64,000 bases of DNA, taken from the NCBI RefSeq assembly GCF_004010195.1, contig NC_057718.1:84541446-84605445 (forward strand), written 5' to 3'. Positions 26,010-35,820 of the stretch are shown here, one piece after another. Each line of letters begins with the position of its first letter. Position 1 is the stretch's first letter. The stretch comes from Chiloscyllium plagiosum. Taxonomy: Eukaryota. Below the pieces are notes generated by a model that worked only from the letters and a program-made list of their open reading frames with translations, searched no databases and was not told the origin of the DNA. Made by a program: the position numbers and the translations under genes.

Positions 26010-26912
26010 GACATTTGTATAAATGATTTGGATGTGAAGATAGGAGATATTGTAGTACGTTTACAGATGACACCAAAATTGGAAGTGTAGTGGACAGGTT
26101 GCTTCAAAGTACAATAGGATCTTGATCAAATGGGCCAATGGGCTGAGGGGTGGTAGATGGAGTTGAATTTAGGTAAATGTGAGGTGTTGCATTTTGGAAA
26201 AGTAGGACTCATACACTTAATGGTAATGTTACGGAGTGTTGCTGAACAAAGAGACCTTGGTGTGCAGGTTCATAGTTCCTTGAAAGTAGAGTCACAGATA
26301 GATAGGATAGTGAAGAAGGCATTTGGTGGGAGGTCATGTTGCAGCTGTACAGGGCATTGGTTAAGCCACTTTTAGAATATTGTGTGCAATTCTGGTCTCC
26401 TCCTATTGGAAGGATGTTGTGAAACTTGAAAGGGTTCAGAAAAGATTTACAAGGATGTTGCCAGGGTTGGAGGATTTGAGCTATATAGAGAGGCTGAATA
26501 GGCTAGGGCTGTTTTCCCTGGTGCGTCGGCAGATGAGGGGTGACCTCATAGAGGTTTATAAAGTCATGAGGGGCATGAATATGATAAATAGAGAAAGTCT
26601 TTTGCCTGGGATGGGCGAATACTGAACTAGAGGGCATAAGGTTAGATTGAGAGGGGAAATATATAAAAGGTACCGAACAGGCAACCTTTTCATGCAGAGG
26701 GTTGTGCAGGTATGGAATGAGCTGCTAGAGGAAGTAGTGGAGGCTGCTCCTATTGCAGCATTTAAAAAGCATCTTGATGGGTATATGAATAGGAAGGGTT
26801 TAGAGAGATATGGGCCAAATACTGGCAAATGGGACTAGCTTAATTCAGGCTATCTGGTCAGCATGGACCAAAGGGTCTGTTTCCCTGCTGTACATCTCTT
26901 TGACACCATGAC
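26010..26912 (+). mobile_element. 5'-truncated CR1 LINE
   Basis: ORFs KCEVLHFG, KLERVQKRFTRMLPGL and VWNELLEEVVEA; 3' UTR present. Confidence 0.9.
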
Positions 26913-27367
26913 TGAAGGTTCTGGTGATCAATACATTTCTTTCTGATTGGATATTATTGTCTTCCTCTCCTTCCAGACTTTCTGTTTATATATCATGGTG
27001 AAATTCCTGTTATTCCACTCACAATAATATTTTGTGTCACATTTGAAGCCTCTATTACCTCCATCTTGTTTTTTTGGTGTTCATGCCTCTTCCATAATTG
27101 TTGAATTTCAGCTGCCTATTACAGCTAACAGAAGAGTTTTTATCTTCAGTCTTTCTTTACATGACAATTTGGGCCTCATACTCAAATGCATCAATGCTGC
27201 TATCGTTACATTGTCCATTTGTGCTGTTACTGCTAATTAGCCACTTTTTAACCATAAAAGTCACTAGAAATTAATACTTGCTTGAAAATTTTTTTAGAGG
27301 TGCAGATCTAGAAGCATGTATCTGTCTTTGAACCCAAATCCCATTGGCACATAAAGGCTATCCATGT

Positions 27368-28180
27368 TTAATGTTTGATTTATTTACTGTCAAGTGTATC
27401 TTGTTACAAAAGACAGTGAAAAGTGTTGTATAGTGTTGACACTCTCAGGCACCATGTTAAAACACAGAAAAATAAACCAAAACATAGAATATAAAGGCAG
27501 AAAAATGAAGAAATAAAGTGTCAAACTTTACAGTCTTTCTTGTTAAATGCTGCGTTACAGCCCATGGGCCTGGTGGCCTGGCATGACTCCCCTTGTTGTT
27601 GTGCCACTGTCACTGGAACAAAGGTTGGCACTTCTGGTGCCATCCCGCCTCCAAAAATGCTCTCGCCACTGAGTCCTCATTGGACTTGGCCAAAGCAGAC
27701 GCCACCGATGCTAATGGGTGCCAATTCCGCCGCTGTCATGAATCTGATGTGGGCCCACCTTGTTGATGTGGCTGCTGCTGATGCCGCCAGATCTCACAAT
27801 ACGCCCAAACGCACCTCTGCTGCTATCTTCATGGATTTGCACTGAAAAAAGATGCTGCTGGGAACCCAAACTGCCACCAAATTAATCTCTGACACTGCCA
27901 CTATGAGTCTGTGCTGCTGGGCTCACTTGAATCTGCGCTGTTGGGCCCACTTCAGTCCATGCTGCTGGACTTTCTCAAGTCCTCATTGTTGGGCCCACTC
28001 GAGTCAATGCTGCTGGGTCTACTTGCTGCTGATGCTGTCACTGCGACTGAGCTCTTCACTAAGAGGTACATAAAATAAAATGGAAGAGAAAACAAAAAGA
28101 TAGGAGAGAAAAAAAGAAAATGAATCAAAAGCAGATGAAGTAGACGAGCCCTGGGTTCAGATGCTCCATTCCATCACTTT
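27368..28180 (-). mobile_element. Non-autonomous retroelement with Rex/Babar-like tail and GC-rich degenerate tandem body
   Basis: Tail TTTACTGTCAAGTGTA...ACAGTGAAAAGTG; repeated TGGGCCCAC/GCTGCTGG motifs at 27540-28030; interrupts the Copia gag. Confidence 0.5.
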
Positions 28181-28869
28181 AAATTCCTGGCACAATCTGA
28201 TAATTTGAAGGCAATTACAGATGTCGGGATTTTTACATGAAATTGTTGCAATCTCATATATATGTGATTAAACTCCAAGATGTAGTTTTCTTGGAAACAT
28301 CATCCAGCTTTCTAAGTCTGTCAAAATCCAACCAAGCCTCATTGGAGGGAGCCTTTAGTCTTGAAAAGGTGAGGTAACACAGATGAACATATGAAATAGG
28401 AGCAAGAATTGACCATTCAATCCCTTGGAGTTTGTTCTGCCATTGTGTTTTGAGTTCTACATTCCTATCTAACCTTTTAAATTACAGAGTCTTCTGTTCT
28501 ATGTTTTTCCATGAAATGTAAGGGAAATGCCAAATCTTTTTCATTATTCAGCTGTTCAGTTTCTAGTTCTGAAATACTTTGCAGTTGATCTTACTGCTGC
28601 CAGGAAGTGAGAAAGAAAGGGCCAGTTGTGGCTTTCTCTTTGTTAGACATGTAACTCATGCGTTGACTTTCTTCTCCATTAGTTATAAGATTCCACTTCA
28701 CAAAATAGTGGTAGGAAACCATATACTGAAACGTAATACCTGGTTTCAGTTTTCTTTTTTCAAACACTCTTCATTTGCTGCCACCTCAAAACAAATTGAT
28801 TCTAATTCGATTTGAATTGAATCTTCTATCTGAAAGTAAATCTTAGTTTCCCAGTTTCACTTTTAGAAG

Positions 28870-28886
28870 ACCATTCCATGCTACCA
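28870..28886 (-). other. Primer-binding site of the Copia element (initiator tRNA-Met)
   Basis: Minus strand TGGTAGCATGGAATGGT matches 14/17 of TGGTAGCAGAGGATGGT (complement of the tRNA-iMet 3' end), 1 nt from the LTR-type CA end at 28888-28889 and upstream of gag. Confidence 0.7.
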
Positions 28887-28887
28887 A

Positions 28888-29215
28888 TGTTAAAGAATTC
28901 CTGAGCCCATTTGTGAAACATGCACAATACTTCAGAAAAGAGTCTTTATTTCTTCAAACCGAGCTTGTTTCTCCATTCACATACACTCTCCCCCTCCTTC
29001 TGGCTGGCTCTTCATTATATACATCTTAATAACTATTTTAATTAACCTGGTCAGATATGCTCTGACACATATCTGGGACAGGCGGGATTTGAACCTGGAC
29101 TTTCTGGTTCAGAGGTAGGGACATTATCAATGTGTTATCAGACCCCACATACATTATAATACAATTAACTAATTAATCCCAGCACCTATTTACTTTGTTA
29201 CTTTTGACTCCTAAC
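28888..29215 (-). repeat. Putative 5' LTR of the Copia element (interrupted by a SINE at 29040-29147)
   Basis: Begins TGTT on the + strand next to the PBS; minus-strand TATA (~29015-29021) precedes AATAAA (~28945-28950). Distal boundary uncertain. Confidence 0.55.
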
Positions 29216-29446
29216 TATTTAGTACACTGTTATATACTAATTATATACCACTAATAGGGAGTTCAACTTCAAGTACTGTTTCTAGATTATTTCGTAGCTC
29301 TTGTAGTGTTGTAGATTCTAGTTGAGCATAAGCATCCATTTGCACTTTGATGTTTTTCTGGGCTGCTACTACAGGTTCTCTCACATCCTTGATCAGGTGA
29401 TCACTCTTTACATAGGATTTGTTTAATTGGTTGCTGCAAATTAAGA

Positions 29447-29985
29447 GACAGGACTGCAGACGCTGGAGATCAGAGTTGAGAGTGTAGTGTTGGAAAAGCA
29501 CAGCAGGTCAGGCAGCATCCGAGGACCAGGATTATCGACGTTTTGGGCCTAAGCCCTTCCAGAGGGCAGTGTTGATTTGGAGGTTTGGGACTGGGAAAAT
29601 GTGGGTGGAGGGGAAATGAGGAAGCTGTTGAAATCCACATTTATCCCATGTGGTTGCAGGGTCCCAAGGCGGAATATGAGGCGTTCCTCCTCCAGGCGTT
29701 GGGTGGTAATGGTTTGGCGGTGGAGGAGGCCCAGCACCTGCATGTTCTTGACTGAGTGGGAGGGGGAGTTGAAGTGTTCAGCCACGGGTGAGTGGGAGGG
29801 GGAGTTGAAGTGTTCAGCCACGGGGTGGTGGCTTGGTGGGTGTGGGTGTCCCAGAGATGTTCTCTGAAACAATCTGCAAGAAGGCGTTCTGTCTCCCCGA
29901 TGTAGAGGAGTCCAGACCGGGTGCAACGTATGCAGTAGATGACATTAGTAGAGGTGCAGGTAAATGTCTGACGGATGTGAAAGGG
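29447..29985 (-). mobile_element. Penelope-like element 3' fragment (GIY-YIG region plus terminal repeat)
   Basis: PVAEHFNSPSHS...LEEERLIFRLGTLQPHGINVDF and terminal CAGCAGGTCAGGCAGCATCC repeat; contains a 36 bp tandem duplication at 29753-29824. Confidence 0.85.
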
Positions 29986-30179
29986 ACTAAGGTATCAGCA
30001 CAAGTCGAAGTCATACGATTATGATAAATCAGCCAGTACAGTTTGATCAAAAGCACTTCTCTAATCATCACTTTTTTAGTCAGAAAAGCCAACAAAAATT
30101 GCATGCACCATCATCTGCATTACAAGTTATCCATGGTACATGGTCAACAAAGTGAATGATCATTTATTAACAAAACTGT

Positions 30180-32830
30180 TACTTCAGTTTCACTTTCATT
30201 AGTTTCTACACATGCATTGCATGTATAATTTTTTATATCATGCAGGTTTTCTAATGGTGTGCGTTGTTGTTGGCTGTTTGTCTGGCATCTGCTCATTCCT
30301 GGATGATCCTTTGTGAAACATGCACGGCATGGTGAGTGTTATTACCATGGTAAACATTGTTGTTGATTCATTTCCATTGTGGGGAATACTGGACCTTTGG
30401 CACATATGGTCTTTCTCTACTTGGTGCAGATAATAAAATCACATGGAGTCATAGAGATATAGAGATGTACAGCACGGAAACAGACCCTTCGGCCCAACTC
30501 ATCCAAGCTAACCAGATATCCTAAATCAATCTAGTCCTATTTGCCAGCACTTGGCCTATATCCCGCGAAACCCTTCCGATTTATGTACCCATCTAGATGC
30601 CTTTTGAATGAATTGTGCCAGCCTCCACCACATCCTCTGGCAGCTCATTGCACACATACACCACCCTTTGCATGAAAAGGTTGCCCCTTAGGTCTCTTTT
30701 ATATCTTTCTCCTCTCACCCCTAAACTTATGCCCTCCAGTTCTGGACAGTCCAAACCAGGGAAAGGTCTTGTCTATTTACCCTATCCATTCCCCTCATGA
30801 TTTCATAAACCTCTGTGCGGTCATCCCTCAGCCTCTGATGCTCCAGGGAAAACAGCCCCAGCCTATTCAGCCTCTCCATTAGTTCAAACTCTCCAACCCT
30901 GGCAACGTCCTTGTAAATCTTTTCTGAACCCTTTCAAGTTTCACAACATCCTTCCTCTAAGAGGGAGACCAGATTTGCACACAATATTCCAAAAGTGGCC
31001 TAACCAATGTCCTGTGCAACGCAACATAATCTCCCAACTCCTTTACTCAATACTCTGACCAACACAGGAAAGCATACTAATGCCTTCTTCATTATCCTAT
31101 CTACTTGAGACTCTACTTTCAAGTGACTATGAACCTGCAGTCCAAGATCTCTTTGTTCAGCAACACTCCCCAGGACCTTACCATTAAGTGCCATTAAGTG
31201 TATAAGTCTTGCCCTCATTTGCCTTTCCAAAATGCAGCACATCACAATTATTTAAATTGAACTCTGTCTGACAGTCTTCGGCCCATTTGATCAAGATTCT
31301 GTTGTACTCTGATGTAACCTTCTTTGCTGTCCACTACACCTCCAATTTTGGTGTCATCTGTAAACTTACTAACTATATCTCCCATCTTCATATCCAAATC
31401 ATTTATATAAATGATGAGAAGTACTGGACCCAGCACCAATCCTTGTGGCACACCACTGGTCGTAAGCCTCCAGTCTAAAAAGCAACCCTGCACCACCATG
31501 ACTCTGTGTCATCTACCTTGAAGCTGATTCTGTATCCAAATGGCTTATTCTTCCTGTATTCCATGTGATCTAACTTTGCTAACCAATCTACCATGAGGAA
31601 CCTTGTCAAATGCCTTACTGAAGTCCACTTAGATCATGTTCACTTGTGCCTTCATCAATCCTCTTCGATACTTCTTCAAAAAACTTAATCAAGTTAGTGG
31701 GACATGATTTCCCAATAGCTGCCTGCAGTGAATGGACATTTGCAATAGGTCTGTGATTGAAACAAAATACATGGTAGTTCATATTCAGCATGTATGATTG
31801 AGGTGACAACTGCTCTTGTTGAGAATGGTGAATGTTTAAACTTTGTCTGGCTTTTTAATGCTTAGCTTTGGCAGTGTTAGCAAAGTGAAATATGGCTTTC
31901 TGTCAATTCACGTTGATTTTGTCACTCCCTCCTGTACTACATTTCAATTCAGCAATTTTATTTTCCAAGTTGGAAGACTATTTGGATGTGGTATGACATT
32001 TATATTAGATTGGACTGCTTTCCATGCATTCAGTGGGTAAATTTAATCACTCTAAAATTGAACTGGGGGATGCGCTGGATTTGCTTGATTTTTGTTATGA
32101 GTTGTTTGGCAGTTTTCACTGCTATCGCAGCCTTTCTTATTTGATTGAGAAAAGTATGGGAATGATGTATGGTACTGAATTTCACAATTCCTTATGATGC
32201 ACCTGAATTCTTCACTTATGAATTGAGTGCCATTGTCACTTTGTCACAATGTGATTCATACCAATTAAAGTGGGTTTTCAAGCAGTTTGCAATCCCGTTG
32301 GTTGTTGACCGCAGCTGGTCCAATTCCCAGTTGTCAGGATAGTATCAAATGGTGACAAGATAATCATTTCCTGTGCTGTTGAAGTCTACTCAAAGCATCA
32401 TTCATGGTCTGTCTGTTATTTTGTACAATCTAAGCAGTTCTTTAGTTATCTTAGCTTAGCATTTGTTATGAGCATTGCGCTAGCTAATGTCATTCTTATC
32501 ATTATTTAGGTTTGGCATTAGAGCACCTCTCCTGCCTTCTTTAGACTAGACTCAATTCCTGGATGGCTTGCTTGGATGTGCTTCAGCATTTATTTTCTCA
32601 TCTCTTTAGATATAATGACTATGTCCTTTGTGTAAAGTGGCATATACATATGTTATTACTACACCAGTCCTATCATGGGCTGTATAACATGCATCTTCAT
32701 CCTTGTTCTTTGTACCTTAATTCCTATGCTCTACTGATGCCTACACCCTATATCTGAACAATCTTTAAAGGCCTTAACCACTGGGTCTTCCATTATCCTT
32801 TGTGACACTACAGAATATTTAATTTATACT
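30180..32830 (-). mobile_element. Decayed Ty3/Gypsy integrase region, split by a CR1 (30445-31713)
   Basis: Manual translation of about 32630-32100: MLKHIQASHPGIESSLKKAGEVL, DYLVTI*YYPDNWELDQL, ANCLKTHF, matching the zinc-binding and core regions of Gypsy integrases; many stops. Confidence 0.7.
30445..31713 (-). mobile_element. 5'-truncated CR1 LINE
   Basis: SGVPQGLVLGPVLLIIYINDLD...SKFTDDTKIGG and GKSCPTNLIKFFEEV; 3' tail at the left end. Confidence 0.92.
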
Positions 32831-33430
32831 ACCAAGACTGCTGGAAATGACTTTTTCCGTAATTCACATCCTCTAATCTGCTCTTTTGGCTATAGTATTT
32901 ATATATCTGGTCCAGTTTAGTTTCTGATCAATGGTAACCTTCAGGAAATTGATAGTGAGGAATTCAGCAAAAATAATCTGCCAAATATTAAAGGAAGATA
33001 GTTAGATTCTCTCTTGTTCGAGATGGTCATTACCTGACATTTGTGTGGCCTGGATGTTACTTGCTGGTTGTCAGTGCAGGTCTGAATATTGCCCAGTCTT
33101 GCTGCATATGGACTGAGATTGCTTCAGTATCTGAGGCGCTGAAAATGATACTGAATATCATCCAATCTTCAGTGAATGTTCTCACTTTTGAACTTATGAT
33201 GAAAGGAAAATCATAGGTGAAATGACTGTAGATGACTAGGCCTAGCAAACAAACCTGAGGAATACCTACAGCAAAGCCTTGGAACCAAGATGATTGATCT
33301 CCAACACAACTATCTACCTTTGTGTTAGGTGCGACTCCAACCAGTGGAGATTTCCACCCACTCCCCCCATTCCCAGTTTTGCTAAGGATCCATGATTGCA
33401 CACTTGGTTCAATTGTCTTTGATATTAAGT
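32830..33430 (-). mobile_element. Old LINE RT fragment
   Basis: ORF 33057-33401 has degenerate RT motifs (GIPQVCLLGLVIYSHFTYDFP, VRTFTEDW). Confidence 0.55.
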
Positions 33431-34490
33431 ATACTAATGCTCAAAGTATACAGGTGGTGGATGAATTCACTAGTGAGCCTGTCAGCTGCAAAGTTGGGAA
33501 AAAAAGTGAGCCGGTTATTGGAGGAACACAAGTTTCTTCAATACTCTCATTAGCTCCTTGCTTCCCCTCTATTTCTTTTATCTACCATGGTTTGTAATAT
33601 GTAGATTGTTTGCAACTTTTGAAAAATTCTCCCACAAACTTGTAGTCAGCTTGTATGTTGAACGTAAGATGTGAACTGCCAGTGTTGGTGTTCACCAGCT
33701 GCCATGGGCATTCTGCTTAGCCTGGGCACATCTTGGTAACATTTCTATACCACCTGCTTTATCTTGTGAAGTGACTTAGAAAACAAATTTAATCTTAAAC
33801 ACGTATTCTGAGCTGAAAACTTGAGTCCAACTCCTAATTTATATATGGTCATAAACATGCAATTATTAGCTGAAAAATAGGGGGACCCTATTGACTCTAT
33901 GTATGTTATTTCTCCATTCACAGTATTAGTGTTAAATCATTTAACTTTTCTGTGTTTTGTGAGTGAGTGGGTGTGTAATTCAGGGCTTTTGAAGAGGTAT
34001 AGTTTAAGTCTCATTGTAGAAATCTTTACTTTCTCTTCGTTTTTGTTGAAGTGTGTATCAGTAAATAATTATTTTTCTGTTACTGACTTAACCCTGGAAT
34101 GAATTTCCTTTGTCCAAATAGCAATCAGTTAGGAAAATTTGTCATTTTGGTGGTTTAATTGGATTTTATATATTTTGGGATAGCTTTTGCAACAGTGGGG
34201 CACGAATATTGGCACTCTTTCCAGAGAAATCCGAAGACTTCCCTGACTGTGTACTTGCTTAAATCTTGTTCCAATTCAATTTTTTTTCCTAAAGCTCCTT
34301 GGCCTGGATCGATAACACTTTCTGTCAGATCGTAGATAGTGCCCAATCTGCTGATCACTTCGAGCTTCTACTCTGGCATCCAAAATGTTTCACTCTTATA
34401 CACACACTATTGTTTCGCAATAGCCCAAAATGCACTTTAGGTGCGTTTCAATTTTGAACCCATTTGCTCCCATGGACCGTGTATTATAAC

Positions 34491-34707
34491 GGGGAGAAAG
34501 TGAGGTCTGCAGATGCTGGAGATCAAAGTTGAAACTTTATTGCTGGAACAGCACAGCAGGTCAGGCAGCATCCAGGGAACAGGAGATTCGACGTTTCGGG
34601 CACAGGCCCTCTCATTCCTGAAGAAGGGCCTGTGCCCGAAACGTCGAATCTCCTGTTCCCTGGATGCTGCCTGACCTGCTGTGCTGTTCCAGCAATAAAG
34701 TTTCAAC
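34491..34707 (+). mobile_element. Very young palindromic PLE-derived insertion with TSD
   Basis: Perfect 83 bp inverted arms (34528-34610 / 34625-34707); direct repeat ACCGTGTATTATAAC at 34476-34490 and 34706-34720. Confidence 0.9.
34614..34649 (+). ncRNA. Minimal type I hammerhead ribozyme (PLE-type)
   Basis: AUUC-CUGAAGA-A-GGGC-CUGU-GCCC-GAAAC-GUC-GAAU: conserved core, 4 bp stem II, stem I AUUC/GAAU, loop-less palindromic stem III (ACGU), predicted cleavage after C34645. Confidence 0.75.
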
Positions 34708-34940
34708 CGTGTATTATAACAAATAGTGCGCAATCTAAATCTTGTCGCGTAAATATAAATGCTGATATTAACGTCTGTTGAGCCCGAGTAAATTTTGAAT
34801 ATTTAAGTTTTGCGTTTAATAAAGCATTGCAATTTCGGCCATTCATTTAGATGTTAAGGACTTTTGATCTGAAAAGCTGACCTATTTTAATGACATCTAA
34901 GTATTCTGAAACAGCTTGATCAATTCACATATTTATTAGT

Positions 34941-35046
34941 GGTTCTGAAGAAGGCTCACTGGACACGAAACGCTGTTTCTCCTTCCACAGGTACTGCCAA
35001 ACCTGTTGATTTCTGTTTCGGTTGCAGATTTCCAGCATTCAGCAGC
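34941..35046 (+). mobile_element. Old PLE-terminus-derived short repeat with decayed hammerhead core
   Basis: TCTGAAGAAGGCTCACTGGACACGAAACG...CCACAGGTACTGCCAAACCTG; related minus-strand copies at about 25790-25880 and 59975-60045. Confidence 0.55.
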
Positions 35047-35238
35047 TCCCTGTTCGACGTGAGTTTTGAGTTGCCTTTTTCGCTTTGATTTCGGAACAGA
35101 GCTCCAAAGGTCTCAGTTGACGAGGGGCATTAGGACCGCGCGGAGCCACAGTTCGAAGCTCCCCCAGCGGAACCGCGCTGATAAGAACCACTGCCAGGCT
35201 TTTGACGTCAGTTACATTCCTGATTTAAACTGTCAAAG

Positions 35239-35329
35239 ATGGCGGCAGGCGGCGAATGGAGGGGGTCAGCGATTTGTCGTCGTCGTGGTGGCGGCGATGA
35301 CAATGTTGAAGACGACAGCATCAGCGAAG
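35239..35329 (+). CDS. Candidate first exon of an unidentified gene (MAAGGEWRGSAICRRRGGGDDNVEDDSISE); may instead be 5' UTR
   Basis: Strong Kozak AAGATGG within the YY1 motif; open for 30 codons plus 1 nt up to donor AAG|GTAACA at 35329/35330. No downstream exon identified. Confidence 0.4.
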
Positions 35330-35594
35330 GTAACAACCCTGTCCACGGAGTATAACTCCTACATTTTAACTGTGTTGTGTCGCCGTCGGCTTATGGGAGG
35401 AATCCGGTCACATTTCCGACCGTTGCGTCCGGTTGAAAAAGTTCGTTAGCTGTCCTACCTCCGGCAAGATTTGAACAGCGTCGCGCGGTCAGGAACCCGC
35501 ACGCGTGAAGGGAAAGTTTTTTTTGGGGGGGGAGGGGGAGGAGAGTGAGAGAGGAGGGTTCAGTCCCTGGATCTATGCTGTCGCGCAGGCGCAG

Positions 35595-35820
35595 TGAGGA
35601 GGTGGCGGTTACGACGCGGTGTGTTCCGACTGTTCTCTACGCCGACTTCCCCTTCTCCCTTTACGCATGCGGCCGTGAGGCGACGTTTCTGGGCCTAGGT
35701 CGCTCGGGGGAAGGGGGTGGGTGGGGGCGAGGGTAAAGAAAAAGGAGCTGCCGTTGAAAGCGGCAGAGAAATCTGAGGAGATGCGGGTTGGGTTCCGGAG
35801 ATCCCCGGGACGGACAGCCG
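35595..35820 (+). other. Candidate alternative first exon
   Basis: Lies downstream of the NRF1-like motif and ends in consensus donor CCG|GTGAGT at 35820/35821. Start is approximate. Confidence 0.45.

Larger units (their letters stand above)
16500..29215 (-). mobile_element. Decayed Ty1/Copia (GalEa-like) LTR retrotransposon fragmented by nested insertions
   Basis: Manual minus-strand translation gives, in order: gag (28730-28480 LALSFSLPGSSKINCKVF; 28345-28183 EAWLDFDRLRK, YILEFNHIYMRLQ, SVIAFKLSDCAR), protease (~25985-25880 FNCTVLDNECNS; 25760-25540 DIPLLL, IKLDME), integrase (25089-25072 TDNEGE; AESLVSNEI*ERNYAMI; HQLIFGRNPK), RT (21880-21695 SWKEFGVY; 19018-18400 DSPTA, FLQGHQFQKEVYSKPP, MWYFSI, QLKADPAMLYW) and RT end/RNase H (17170-16500 LRFPTL). 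Integrase before RT is the Copia order. Confidence 0.8.

Noticed and set aside
27540..28073. ORFs with repeated CWAH motifs / array-like spacing
   Set aside because: Degenerate GC-rich minisatellite body of a non-autonomous repeat; no constant repeat-spacer structure, so not CRISPR and probably non-coding.
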